Positions 34,413 to 45,110 are shown, counted from the first letter of the stretch. The stretch: 64,000 nt of DNA from an uncultured Actinomycetes bacterium (GCA_963836475.1 CAWIJQ010000004.1:81775-145774), one strand, 5' to 3'. Made by a program: numbers and translations. Notes: generated from the letters alone by a model not told the origin.

Positions 34413-35461
34413 CGTCGATCGGCTCTCCTTGCTCGAGCAATCGCCTGGCGTCGATCAACTGGTAGTAGAGAGCGAGATGCTCGTCGACCATGCGAGCGGC
34501 AGAGAAGTGACCTTCGACGGCCTTGCGACACGCGGCGCGATCGAGTCGCGCGGCTTCGGGCAGCCGATCCACCATGACGTCAGAGTCGGCACACAACAGC
34601 CCGGTGACACCGTCCTCGACGATCTCTGGCACTGATCCGCGCGGGAACGCGACGACCGGTGTGCCGCAGGCGAGCGATTCGACCATGGTCAGACCGAACG
34701 GCTCGACCAAGTGATCGGATTCAGCAGTGCGATGGCTCCGCCGAGAAAGCCGGCGCGCTCGTCGGGGCCGATCTCGCCGATGTACTCGACGTCGCCGCCG
34801 AGCAGGGGGCTCGACTTGCTCCTGGAAGTACTCGGCCTCGTCCTCGTGCTCGATCTTGCCGGCCAACCGCAGCGGCACACCGGCTCGGCGGGCGATCTCG
34901 ATGGCTTCGCGCGCGCCTTTGTAGCTGGCCATGCGGCCGAGCCAGCAGTAGTAGCCGCCGTCGCCCGCGCCGATCGGAAAAGCCTCGGGTTCGATGCCGT
35001 GATGGATCACCGCGGCGATCGGAATCGAGCCGGCCGTCGACGCCTGGTGGTGGGAGATCGCGATGATCGGCACCTTCGGGCTGATGGCGCGGTACACGTC
35101 TTCAAGGTCGCCGCGGAACGGGCCGTGGGCGGTCGACGACCGTGATCAGGCCCGGAAATCGGTCGGCGTACATCGGGCCGACGACGGTGTGATCGTGCAC
35201 GATGTCGAAATCGATCAGGGTGTCGTAGGCCGCGATGACGTGCCGCAGTTCGACGACGACCTGCCCGAGCTCGCTGCGGCGGGCGTTCTCGTAGACCCAC
35301 GCGGTCGGCACCGGACACGTGCTGTCGCCGGTGCCGAACAGCACAACCTCGTGGCCGCGGGCGACAAAGCCGCGCGCCAGCCGATCAACAACAGCCTCGG
35401 TGCCGCCGTACTTCGGTGGCGGCACCGGCAACCACGGCGGAGCGACGAGTCCTATCCGCAC
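34372..35461 (-). pseudogene. GT4-family glycosyltransferase, about 3 frame breaks
   Basis: MRIGLVAPPWLPVPPPKYGGTEAVV is in ORF 35102..35461. The middle part is in 34372..35097. PLLGGDVEYIGEIGPDERAGFLGGAIALLNPI is in 34689..34880. The EX7E region EPFGLTMVESLACGTPVV is present. Confidence 0.8.
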
Positions 35462-35494
35462 GTCGCCTCCTGGTCAGCCCCTTTTGTTCGTGGC

Positions 35495-36056
35495 TTACCC
35501 CGCGTCACCGCCATGATGCACGAATGGCGTGAGCACTGCGCCGGAGACGGCCGCCTCATGGTCGAGCAGCCACCGTTTGCGCTCAAGACCGCCGGCGTAG
35601 CCGGTCAGTGACCCATCGGCACCGATGACCCGGTGGCACGGCACCACGATGCCGATCGGATTGCGCCCGATCGCCGCCGCGACCGCTCGGGTCTTGCTCC
35701 GATCGGCGACACGGTCGGCAATCTGCGCCATAGGTCTGCGTCGTGCCGAACGGGATGTCGCGCAGTGCCATCCAGACCGAACGCTGGAAATCGCTGCCCG
35801 CGGACGCCATCGGCAGGTCGAAAGTGGTCAGCTCGCCGGCGAAGTACGCCAAGAGCTGCTTCTCGGCATCAGCGAACGGGGTCGTCGTCGCGCACCCAGG
35901 CGGCGTCGACGAACGGTTCGTACTTCTGGCCGGTCATGAAGACGCCGGTGACGGCGAATCTGGTCGAGCCCGCGATCGTGCGCGCCGACGATCAGCAGAT
36001 CACCGATCGGCGTCTCGAGCACGCTGTATGCGGTGCGGCTGGTGTCGGTCGCTCAT
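35495..36056 (-). pseudogene. ogt: Methylated-DNA--protein-cysteine methyltransferase, 2-3 frame breaks
   Basis: YSVLETPIGDLLIVG (35828..36022), [13 protein letters not shown]...[21 protein letters not shown] (35583..35852), and the active site [20 protein letters not shown] (35495..35731). The ATG at 36056 is in a different frame from the body. Confidence 0.85.
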
Positions 36057-37651
36057 GCGCTTCGCTAGCCCTGCTCGAGATGTGCGGTGCTGCCGGCGCG
36101 CGGCCCAGACATGTTGCAAGCGCATACGACCGCCACGGCCGCCAACGTCGCGACAGCGCATCGGCGGCGATCGCGTCGCCATCGACGCCGAGCGCCTCGA
36201 GGCCACGCCGTACCCCGAGGTCGGTGGGCATGAACACGTCGGGATCGCCGAGCGCGCGCATGCGGATGTAGTTCACCGTCCATGGCCCGACACCCGGCAG
36301 TGCGAGCAAATTCGCTCCGGTGGCATCACGATCGGCGCCGGGTTCGAGGTCGACCGAGCCGTCGGCCACCGCTTGCGCCAACCCGACGAGGGCGGCCGCG
36401 CGCGCACGCGTCAACGGCAGGGTGCCCGGATCGGCCGCCGCGAGTGCCTCGGCGGTCGGGAATAGCCGGGTCACTCGCCGGTGCGCCAGACGTCGACCGG
36501 ATCGGCGGCGCTAGCGTCGATGCCGTCCAGCGACCGGCCGAGCGTCGTCGCCAACCGCCCGGCCAACGCCCGCGCGCCGGCAACGCTGACTTGCTGGCCG
36601 AGCACCGCGCGCACCGCGAGCTCAAACCCATCGACGTGGCCAGGCACTCGTCGTCCGGGCTCGGCTTGTACTGCCGCGCCAATCACCGGGTCGGCACCTA
36701 ACGCGTCGGCGATCGCGACGGCGTCGGCGTCGAGATCGAGCAACCGCCGGCAGCGCGCCACCGCAGACGCGAGGTCGCGCAGGTCGGCGAGCCGAAGCCG
36801 GCACGGAATCCAGCCCTGCTCAACCCACGCCTGCACAAACGACGGCTGGTCGAGTTCGGCTCGGTCAGTGCGACCGGCTGCGGTGCCGAGTTCGATCACG
36901 CCGGCGCCATGCGCCAGCCCGATCGTGCGCCGGTAGCTCGACGCGTCACCTGCTTCGACTCCGGCGACCGCTCGGCGGGCTAGGAACTCGAAGATGAACG
37001 ACGGTGCAAACGGACGGCGGAATGGCAGCCGCAGGTTGAGTGCGCCTGGCGTCGTGCGGCCGGCGCCTGGGTTCTGTGTTTTGCTGCGGGCGCGAAGTTC
37101 CGACGGCGTGAGAGCAAACACCGCGCGCACGGTGTCGTTGAACTGGCGCACGCTGGCGAAGCCGGCGGCGAACGCGACATCAGTGATCGGCAGCTGGGTG
37201 GTTTCGAGCAGCAGCCGCGCGGTCTGCGAACGCTGCGCGCGGGCGAGTGCGATCGGCCCGGCTCCGACCTCGGCGGCAGCTGCCGATGAACCTGCCGCTC
37301 GCTGTACCCGAGCCGCTGGGCCAGCCCGGCGACTCCTTCGCGATCGACGACGCCATCGGCGATGTGCCGCATCGCGCGACCGACGAGGTCGGCCCGCACG
37401 TTCCATTCCGGCGAACCGGGCGCGGCGTCGGGGCGGCAGCGCTTGCACGCCCGAAAGCCGGCTTCGTGCGCAGCAGCCGCGGTGGGCAAGAACCGCACAT
37501 TCGCTCGCTTCGGCGTCATCGCCGGGCAGCTCGGACGGCAGTAGATGCCGGTCGTGAGCACGCCGACAAAGAACCAGCCGTCGAACCGCGCATCGCGGCT
37601 CGACAGCGCGCGGTAGCAGGCGTCGTCAGTGAGCATGTATCGAGCATCCAT
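36057..37651 (-). pseudogene. alkA: Ada(N-terminal zinc/AraC)-AlkA fusion (DNA-3-methyladenine glycosylase II), like M. tuberculosis alkA; 2-3 frame breaks; 3' end unresolved
   Basis: The Ada zinc region [21 protein letters not shown]...FRACKRCRP is in 36980..37651. The Ara[25 protein letters not shown] and the AlkA N-domain are in 36471..37448. The HhH-GPD region LPGVGPWTVNYIRMRALGDPDVF...WRPWRSYA is in 35992..36474. Confidence 0.8.
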
Positions 37652-37745
37652 CCTCGGACGACGCGAGGCTAGCGGATTTCGGACGCGGCCGTGGTGGTCC
37701 GAAAACCGCTAGAGCCATGGTCGCGCCGCCGTCGCTGCGACAATC

Positions 37746-38186
37746 GTGCACATGCCTGCGGTCGTGCCTGATCTCGTCGTCTCGTCGCGCGTCACTGTGC
37801 CGTCGAGTGAATTGCGCTGGCGGTTCTCGCGGTCGAGCGGACCGGGCGGCCAAGGCGTCAACACCACCGACAGCAGGGTCGAGGTTTCGTTCGATGTCGC
37901 AACTAGTCCGTCGATTCCGCCGTTCTTGCGCGAGCGGGCGTTGACGCGTCTCAGTGATCGGCTGGTCGACGGCGTTCTCGTGGTGGCGGCATCAGAGCAC
38001 CGGTCACAACTACGCAACCGAGAAGCCGCCGCGGCCCGGCTGGCCGCCCTGCTACGCGGCGCGTTGGCACCGCCCGCGCGCACCCGGCGTCCGACTGTGC
38101 CTTCACGTGGCGCGGTTGAACGACGGCTCACCGACAAGAAGGCCAATGCCCAGCGCAAGTCGGAACGCCGCACCCCTGAATGGTGA
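37746..38186 (+). CDS. arfB: Alternative ribosome-rescue factor ArfB (peptidyl-tRNA hydrolase, RF-1 domain)
   Basis: Intact 146-aa ORF with RSSGPGGQGVNTTDSRV (GGQ motif) and a basic C-terminal tail KKANAQRKSERR. Confidence 0.85.
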   Translation: MHMPAVVPDLVVSSRVTVPSSELRWRFSRSSGPGGQGVNTTDSRVEVSFDVATSPSIPPFLRERALTRLSDRLVDGVLVVAASEHRSQLRNREAAAARLAALLRGALAPPARTRRPTVPSRGAVERRLTDKKANAQRKSERRTPEW

Positions 38187-38193
38187 TCGCAGT

Positions 38194-38427
38194 TCAGGGC
38201 TGCGAAGGGATCCGCGGTGGCCCGTCAGGTGACGCGTCAGGCAAGGAGTCCTGAGTCGTTTCGGTAGCGTCGTTCATCTTCATGAGTTGCACCTTGCGTA
38301 GGTGCTTCGTCATCGACCGCAACAAGAAGAAGACAGCGACCGCGAGGAACAAGAACACGACGAGACCTTCGGCGCCGTTCGCGCTCTTGGTTTGCGCGTC
38401 GGCTACGACGAGCTGAAACGCCGTCAT
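38194..38427 (-). CDS. Small membrane protein (77 aa), translationally coupled to mca
   Basis: Start at MTAFQLVV (38427) overlaps the mca stop by 4 nt (ATGA). It has one TM segment, LVVFLFLAVAVFFLL. Confidence 0.45.
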   Translation of the reverse strand: MTAFQLVVADAQTKSANGAEGLVVFLFLAVAVFFLLRSMTKHLRKVQLMKMNDATETTQDSLPDASPDGPPRIPSQP

Positions 38428-39302
38428 CTGTTCGCGTCTTCGCGCAGACCCGCGAACAAGTCGTCTTCGGGAATAGGCGAATCGACTAACGAGCGGGCCA
38501 GTTCGTAGTCTTCGGTCGGCCAGGCCTCTTGCTGCACATCGAGCGGCACATCGAACCACGGCCCGTGCGGGTCAACTTGAGTTGCATGCGCGCGCAATGC
38601 ATCGGCGCGCGTGCCGTACCACGGTGCTGTCGGCACTCGAGTAGTGATGCGGTTCACGTGTTCGGCCTTCACTTCCCAGGTCGCGAGCCGCTCGGTGTAC
38701 GGCGATTCGAGCCCGCGCCGCAGCATCGCATCGTGCAACGCCTGGAAGCGCTCGAGATGGAACGTCCAGTGGTAGTAGAGCTTCAGTGGCTGCCACGGGT
38801 CGCCGGTGCCTGGGTAGCGGTCGGGGTCACCGGCCGCATCGAACGCCTCGACCGTCACGCGGTGGCACATGATGTGGTCAGGATGCGGATAGCCGCCGTT
38901 CTCGTCGTAGGTGATGACGACATGCGGCCGCTCGCGCCGGATCAACTCCACCAACGGCGCCGACGCTTCTTCGAGCGGCAACGTCGCGAACGAACCTTCG
39001 GGCAGCGGCGGCAGCGGGTCGCCCTCGGGCAAACCTGAATCTTCGAACCCGAGCCAGATGTGTCGGACGCCCAGGATGCGTACGGCCTCGGCCATTTCGG
39101 CCCGACGTACGTTCGGCAAATCCTCGATCACCTCAGGCCGGTCCATCGCGGGATTCAGGATCGAGCCACGCTCGCCGCCGGTCAGGGTGACGACGAGCAC
39201 GTCGATGCCCTCGGCCGCATAGCGGGCCATCGTGGCTGCGCCCTTACTCGACTCGTCGTCGGGGTGCGCATGCACGGCCATCAATCGCAAGCGGGTGGTC
39301 AC
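38424..39302 (-). CDS. mca: Mycothiol S-conjugate amidase
   Basis: GTG at 39302 is followed by TTRLRLMAVHAHPDDESS, GYPHPDHIMCH, and a length and C-terminus paralogous to MshB. The upstream part of ORF 38424..39851 is antisense to greA and is discarded. Confidence 0.9.
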   Translation of the reverse strand: MTTRLRLMAVHAHPDDESSKGAATMARYAAEGIDVLVVTLTGGERGSILNPAMDRPEVIEDLPNVRRAEMAEAVRILGVRHIWLGFEDSGLPEGDPLPPLPEGSFATLPLEEASAPLVELIRRERPHVVITYDENGGYPHPDHIMCHRVTVEAFDAAGDPDRYPGTGDPWQPLKLYYHWTFHLERFQALHDAMLRRGLESPYTERLATWEVKAEHVNRITTRVPTAPWYGTRADALRAHATQVDPHGPWFDVPLDVQQEAWPTEDYELARSLVDSPIPEDDLFAGLREDANR

Positions 39303-39401
39303 CCCACCATTGTCTCCGAATCCGGTGGGCGGTCGATCGGCGGCCCGGGCGGGTCGCGCGCACGCGCGGTAGCCTGGGCATCTGATTCCTGAAGGAGCAC
39401 C

Positions 39402-39897
39402 GTGGCACAGATCACCCCGATCACCTGGTTGACCCGCGAGGCGTACGACCGGCTCACGGCCGAGTACGACAATCTCAGCGGTCCGGCCCGCATCGAGATC
39501 GCGCGCAAGATCCAGGCCGCGCGCGAAGAGGGCGACCTGAAGGAGAACGGCGGCTACCACGCCGCCAAAGAAGAGCAGGGCAAGATGGAGGCCCGCATCC
39601 GCCAGCTGCGCCAACTGCTCGACAACGCCAAAGTCGGGGCAACCACGGCGGACGACGGCACGATCGGCCCGGGCACGGTCGTCACGGTTCGTTATGAGGG
39701 CGACGACGACACATTGACGTTCTTGCTCGGCTCGCGCGAAGACGCCGGCGGTGGCATCGACGTCTACTCGCCGAGTTCGCCGCTCGGCGCCGCGCTGCTC
39801 GGCAAGTCGGCCGGCGACATCGCGTCGTACACCCTGCCCAACGGCACGCAAGCGTCAGTGTCACGATCGTCGAAGCGAAGCCGTACACCGCCAGTAG
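39402..39897 (+). pseudogene. greA: Transcription elongation factor GreA, frame break in the last ~15 codons (about 39860)
   Basis: GTG start with a GAAGGAG RBS. WLTREAYDRLTAEYDNL...GDLKENGGYHAAKEEQG is present. The expected ending VTIVEAKPYT is visible only in the next frame. Confidence 0.9.
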
Positions 39898-40705
39898 CTA
39901 CCGTGCAGCGGCCGCCGCGGTACTTGCGCACCGACAGCGGGATGAAGATCACCAGCAGCAGCACAGCTCCACCCAAGTCGCAGTGATCTCGGATGCTGCA
40001 TCGGCCATGCCTTCGGCGCGGCAGCGCTGCCGTTGTTGCCGAACAGCTCCCGCGCGGCCGCGACGACCGCACTCATCGGGTTCCAGTTCGCGACCGGCTG
40101 CAGCCAACCCGGCAGCGTATGCGTCGGTACAAACGCGTTCGACAGGAACGTGAGCGGGAACAGCCAGATGAAGCCGGCGCTCTGCGCGACTTCGACGCTC
40201 CGTACTGACAACCCGATCGTCGCCGACACCCACGACATCGCGAACGCGAACGCGAAAATGATGACGTACGCGCGCGAGCGCGTAGCCGACCCCGCGGTGG
40301 ATGCGCCAGCCCACGAGCAGTCCGCAAGCCGACATGACGACCATCACGATGCACGTTGTTGAACAGGTCGGAAAGTCGTGCGGCCGACGAGCACCGCCGA
40401 CCGCGCCATCGGTAGCGACCGGAACCGGTCGATGATGCCTTTCTGAAGGTCGTCGGCCAGTCCGATCGCCGTGATGCGCCGAGCCGAACGCCACGGTCTG
40501 GGTGAAGATGCCGGCCATCAAGAACTCGCGGTAGTTCACGCCGTCGGGATGGAATCGCGCCGCCGAACACGTAGGCGAACAACAGCACGAACATGACCGG
40601 CTGGATCGTGGTGAAGATCAGCAGGTCGGGGATGCGCTTGACCTTGATGAGGTTGCGCTTCGCCATCACCAGGCCATCGGCGGTCGCTTGCGTCAACACG
40701 CTCAT
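39898..40705 (-). pseudogene. ABC-2 type transporter permease (DrrB-like), many frame breaks
   Basis: MSVLTQATADGLVMAKRNLIKVKRIPDLLIFTTIQPVMFVLLFAYVFGG (40073..40705). Further pieces are in 39949..40539 and 39861..40238 (WLFPLTFLSNAFVP...LPGWLQPVANWNP). A probable stop is TAG at 39898-39900. Confidence 0.7.
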
Positions 40706-41752
40706 GACTGCTTCTCCTTGCGACTCGCGACGGCCTGGTTTCGCACCGGGCTACGGCACGGAGTCGGCGTCGTCTTCGGCGGCGTGACCGGTCAACGACA
40801 AGAACACATCGTCGAGCGTCGGACGTCGAATGCCGACGTCCTTGACGACGACTCCGGCGGTATCGAGCTGGCGTAGCGCGTCGATCAGCACAGCGGAGCC
40901 GCCCTGCACCGCGATCGACGCCGCCTTGCGTCGTCTGGTCGATCGACGGCTCGCCGAGACCCACCTTGCGCAACACCTCTTCGGTGGCCGGCAATTCCGA
41001 CGCGTTCGACACGGTCAGTTCGAGGCGCTCGCCGCCGATCTGCGACTTCAGCTCGTCGGCAGTGCCGCGCGCGATCACCTTGCCGTGGTCGATCACCACG
41101 ATCGATTGCGCGAGCCGATCGGCCTCTTCCAGATACTGCGTCGTGAGCAGCAACGTCGTGCCGCCGTCGACGAGCTCTTCGATGACGTCCCACATGCCGA
41201 GGCGGCCGCGCGGGTCGAGGCCCGTCGTCGGCTCGTCGAGAAACAGCACCCGCGGTTTGGCGACCAGGCTGCCAGCGAGGTCGAGGCGGCGGCGCATGCC
41301 GCCGGAGTAGGTCTTCACGACGCGATTCGCTGCGTCGACAAGGTCGAACCGCTCGAGCAGCTCGTCGGCTCGCGCGAGCGAAGCAGGCCTTGCCGAGGTG
41401 ATACAGCCGCCCGACCATGTCGAGGTTTTCGCGACCGGTCAGGTTTTCGTCGACGGCGGCGTACTGCCCCGAAACGCCGATGATGCGGCGCACCTCGTCT
41501 GCGTCGCGCACGACGTCGAGGCCAGCCACGGTCGCGGTGCCGGCGTCGGGCTTGAGCAGGGTCGTGAATACGCGGACGGCGGTGGTCTTGCCGGCGCCGT
41601 TCGGGCCGAGCAGCCCGAGCACGGTGCCCTCGGCGTACGTCGAGGTCGACGCCGTCGAGCGCGCGCACCTTGCCGTAGTGCTTGACCAGACCGCGTGCCG
41701 AGATCGCACCGTCAGTTGTTTGCCCTGCGCGTGATGCCACCAGATCAACCAT
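40702..41752 (-). pseudogene. ABC transporter ATP-binding protein (DrrA-like), about 3 frame breaks
   Basis: ISARGLVKHYGKVRALDGVDLDV (41315..41752), Walker A GLLGPNGAGKTT (40885..41838), and signature YSGGMRRRL plus Walker B VLFLDEPTTGLDP (40536..41318). The stop overlaps the permease start (ATGA). Confidence 0.8.
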
Positions 41753-41791
41753 GCAGACACAGACTCCCTTGACCCGTGGAATTCATCGGTG

Positions 41792-41847
41792 CTCGCACCC
41801 CAACTTCGAGCGAGCTGCCGCTCGCGCCCCAACTTCAAGCGAGCTGC
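41792..41847. repeat. Two tandem copies (period 29 nt, 25 of 27 identical) of a hairpin-forming unit in the drrA-like promoter region
   Basis: CTCGCACCCCAACTTCGAGCGAGCTGC (41792-41818) and CTCGCGCCCCAACTTCAAGCGAGCTGC (41821-41847). Each contains the inverted arms GCTCGC...GCGAGC. Confidence 0.8.
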
Positions 41848-41902
41848 TCATTGAACAGCACGCTATCGACTCACGCTGCGTGAGCGTCAACCGACTAAGC
41901 CG

Positions 41903-43137
41903 CTAGCTGAACGCCACGCGGTATCCGTGCGTGCGCAACAACTCCAGGACCTCGTGCGAATGCTCAGGCCCACGGGTTTCGACCTGAAGGGCAACGTCGA
42001 CTTCGTCGAGATGCAGCGTGGAAGCAGTGCGCTGGTGCACCACGTCCAACACGTTTCCGCCGGCCTCGGCCAGCGTCTGGAGCAACGACGCGAGGGCACC
42101 GGGCCGGTCGGCGATGGTGACCTGGAAGGACAGATAGCGACCGGCCGCGGCGAGGCCGTGCCGCAACACGCGCACGAGCAACACCGGATCAACGTTGCCG
42201 CCCGACAACACCGCGACCACCGGAGTCTGGAACGACGCCGGCTCGGCCATCAGCGCCGCGACCGCGGCCGCGCCAGCCGGTTCGACAACAAGTTTGGTGC
42301 GCTCGAGACAGAACAGCAGTGCGCGCGACAACGACTCTTCTGACACGGTGACGACGCGGTCGACGTAGTCGCGCACCAGCGGAAACGTCAGCACTCCCGG
42401 GCACCCCACCGCGATGCCATCAGCGATCGTCGCCATCGTGCTCAGAGAAGTCGGCGCACCAGCTCGAAGCGAAACCGGAAACGCGGCCGCACCTTCGGCC
42501 TGCACCGCCACCACTTCGACGTCCGGCCGTAGGGCTTTGACCACGACGGCGATGCCGGAGACGAGACCGCCACCACCTGCGCTCACCACGATGGTGCGCA
42601 CATCGGGCCACTGATCGAGGATTTCAAGTGCGGTCGTCGCTTGCCCGGCGACGACGTCGGCGTGGTCGAACGGGTGAATCAGCACCGCGCCAGTCTCCGC
42701 AGCGAATGCGGTCGCGGCGATCAGCGCGTCATCGACGCTGTGGCCGGCGAACCGTACATCGGCGCCGTAGCCGCGCGTCGCCGCCACCTTCGGCAAGCGG
42801 CGCACCCTCGGGCATGAATACCGTCGCCGACGTTCCGAGCAGTGATGCCGCCAGCGCCACGCCCTGACCGTGATTGCCTGCACTCGCAGCGACGACGCCG
42901 CGCGCGCGGTCGGCGTCCGACATTCTCGCCAGCCGTACGTACGCGCCACGAATCTTGAACGACCCGCCACGCTGAAGGTTTTCGCATTTGAGGCCGACCA
43001 GGCCGCCCGACTAGTTCGCTGAGCGCGCGCGAGGTTTCGACCGGCGTGACCCGCGCGACGCCGTCGAGCAGCTTCGCTGCGCTGCGTGCGTCGTCGAGCC
43101 ACTGCTCCAGGCTTACCGGCTCGGCCGCTGTGGTCAT
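41903..43137 (-). pseudogene. ilvA: Threonine ammonia-lyase (threonine dehydratase), about 3 frame breaks in the N-terminal third
   Basis: The N-terminus GVARVTPVETSRALSELVG is in 42721..43137. The PLP-lysine region readable across frames is CENLQRGGSFKIRGAY / VVAASAGNHGQGVA (42729..42923). The remainder, including SAGGGGLVSG and the ACT-like C-terminus, is in 41903..43153. Confidence 0.85.
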
Positions 43138-43196
43138 GCCCGAAGTGTGGCACCGTTACCCTCGCACCGTTACCCAGGCGGTGTCAGGATGAGCAG

Positions 43197-44084
43197 ATGC
43201 GCACCCAACTCGCTCCGGCCACGGCGGACCACGTCATCGACGGCATTCGGATTCGCGCCACCACCTATGGCGGGCCGGGCGATGGTCTTGACCGAACGCC
43301 CGCGGTGCTGCTGATCCACGGCTTTCCCACCTCGTCGCAGTTATGGCGTCAGGTCGCCCCCGAAATGTGCGCCGGCACCGACGACGACTTGTTCGTCATC
43401 GCTCCCGATCTCGTGCAGCTTGGTGGATCGGAGCGAACGGGTTCGCGCATCGACCTGGCAAAGCAGGCCCGTCTGTTGATCGGACTGCTCGACGCGCACG
43501 GCGTCGACAAGGTGATCGTCGTCGGGCACGGCCTCGGTGGCGCGGTCGCTGTTCACCTCGCCGCATTAGCCGGACGACGAGTGGCTGGGCTCGCGTTGCT
43601 CGACAGTCCGCTGCACGCCGACGCGTGGCCGGTGGCGGGCGCGTTGCCGATGCTGATTCCAGGCGTGCGGGCGGTGTGCGGCCGGGCGCTTCCGCTCGTG
43701 CCGTGGCTGGCCGAACGCGTGCTCGCTACGCTCGTCGGCCATGGCAGCGACGTCGACGGATCACGGCCGCTCGATCGCTACGTCGACGGAGCTTCGCGCG
43801 CCCGGCGCCGCCCGCGGGCTCGTGCATTTCGCCACCGCGGTCGATCTCGTCGCGGTCGAAACGGCCTGGCACATCGTGCGCGTCGCCGCGCCCCCGACGT
43901 TGGTGATGTGGGGCGCCGACGATCGCGTGCACAACCTGTCGTACGGACGCCGAGTGGCTGGCGAGATTGCCCGCGCGCCGCCTGGGTGCCGGTGGCCGGC
44001 GCGGGACACTTGCTGCCGGAGGAACGCCCCGAACGGGTGGCCGAGGAACTGGTCGCGTTCCACGCCGAGATCGCTGGGGAGTGA
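43197..44084 (+). pseudogene. Alpha/beta-fold hydrolase with two compensating frame breaks (about 43790 and 43980)
   Basis: LLIHGFPTSS...VVGHGLGGAVA (nucleophile elbow) and the C-terminal GAGHLLPEERPERV are in ORF 43086..44084. The intervening conserved LVMWGADDRV is readable only in ORF 43741..44094. Confidence 0.75.
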
Positions 44085-44107
44085 ATGCGGATGAAAGGAG
44101 ACCTGCG

Positions 44108-44464
44108 GTGACCGACGAAGAGCCAATCTCCTACCTGGCACTCACGCCCGGCACGGAAGTCTGCGCTGCCGATGGCAGCACCATCGGCACCGTCGAGCAT
44201 GTCTTACAAGAACCCGACCTCGACCTCTTCGACGGCATCGTGGTGGCGGTCCCTCGCGGCATCCGCTTCATTGACCGTGACCAGATCACCACGATCACCA
44301 CGTTGAAGGTGTCGACCAGCCTCACTGTCGCGGAGGCCGCGCAGTTGCCCGAGCCGGAGGGCAATCCGGTTTTCCACGTCGACTCTTTGCAAGACGTTGG
44401 CCCGAAGCTGACAGCGCGTCTTGGGCGCATGTTCCGTCGGGAGCACTGGATCAAGGACGAGTAG
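44108..44464 (+). CDS. Hypothetical protein, PRC-barrel-like (118 aa)
   Basis: GTG at 44108 is preceded by GAAAGGAG. The pattern GTEVCAADGSTIGTVEHVL...FDGIVVAV...RFIDRDQI is reminiscent of PRC-barrel domains. Confidence 0.5.
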   Translation: MTDEEPISYLALTPGTEVCAADGSTIGTVEHVLQEPDLDLFDGIVVAVPRGIRFIDRDQITTITTLKVSTSLTVAEAAQLPEPEGNPVFHVDSLQDVGPKLTARLGRMFRREHWIKDE

Positions 44465-44577
44465 GCGCCCCAGCCCGTCGGCGTCCGCATAGTGGAGTGG
44501 CAACGTCTGGTCGGGCAACGTCTGCCTCGCTGGGCGAACCGTCACTTGAACAGGCGAACCCACAGCGGCGGCCGTAC

Positions 44578-44609
44578 GAAGGGGCCCGGGCATCCGCCCG
44601 GGCCCCTTC
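44578..44609. terminator. Perfect 14-bp GC-rich hairpin between convergent genes (bidirectional terminator candidate)
   Basis: GAAGGGGCCCGGGC-atcc-GCCCGGGCCCCTTC lies between the 3' ends of genes 44108..44464(+) and 44646..45110(-). Confidence 0.6.
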
Positions 44610-44645
44610 GGCTAGCGCGAGTTGCTGCTCGCCTTCGGCTCGACC

Positions 44646-45110
44646 CTAATTGCTCGCCTTCGGTTTGACTTCGCCGCGCCAGGCGCCGTCCGCCGTGCCG
44701 TTCTCTTCGACGTACGACTTGAAGCGCTCGAGGTCGGCCTTCACCTGCCGGTCGTCGGCGCCGACGACCGCGCCGGCTTTCTCGACCATGTCGTCGGCGT
44801 CCCACTCAAGCTGCACGGTCACCTTCGATTCGTCTTCCGACAGTCGATGGAACGTCACGACGCCAGCGTGGGTGGTGCCGTCGGTGCTCTTCCACGCGAC
44901 GCGCTCATCGGGGTGTTGCTCCGTGATCTCCGTGTCGAACTCGCGTTGCACACCGCCGACCTTGGTCACCCAGTGCGAGTGAATGTCGTCGGTCTGCTTG
45001 ACGCTCTCAACACCCTTCATGAACCGCGGGAATGTCTCGAACTGAGTCCACTGGTTGTACGCAATGCGCACGGGCACTGCGACATTGATCGACTTCGTGA
45101 CACTTGGCAC
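44646..45110 (-). CDS. SRPBCC-family protein (polyketide cyclase/dehydrase-like)
   Basis: Intact 154-aa ORF. INVAVPVRIAYNQWTQFETFPRFMKGVESV...HWVTKVGGVQREFDTEITEQHPDERVAW is the typical family N-terminus. Confidence 0.8.
   Translation of the reverse strand: MPSVTKSINVAVPVRIAYNQWTQFETFPRFMKGVESVKQTDDIHSHWVTKVGGVQREFDTEITEQHPDERVAWKSTDGTTHAGVVTFHRLSEDESKVTVQLEWDADDMVEKAGAVVGADDRQVKADLERFKSYVEENGTADGAWRGEVKPKASN

Noticed and set aside
39303-39851. A 183-codon N-terminal extension of the mca ORF (38424..39851)
   Set aside because: It overlaps greA antisense. Mca homology begins at the GTG at 39302 (TTRLRLMAVHAHPDDES), matching the MshB/Mca family N-terminus.
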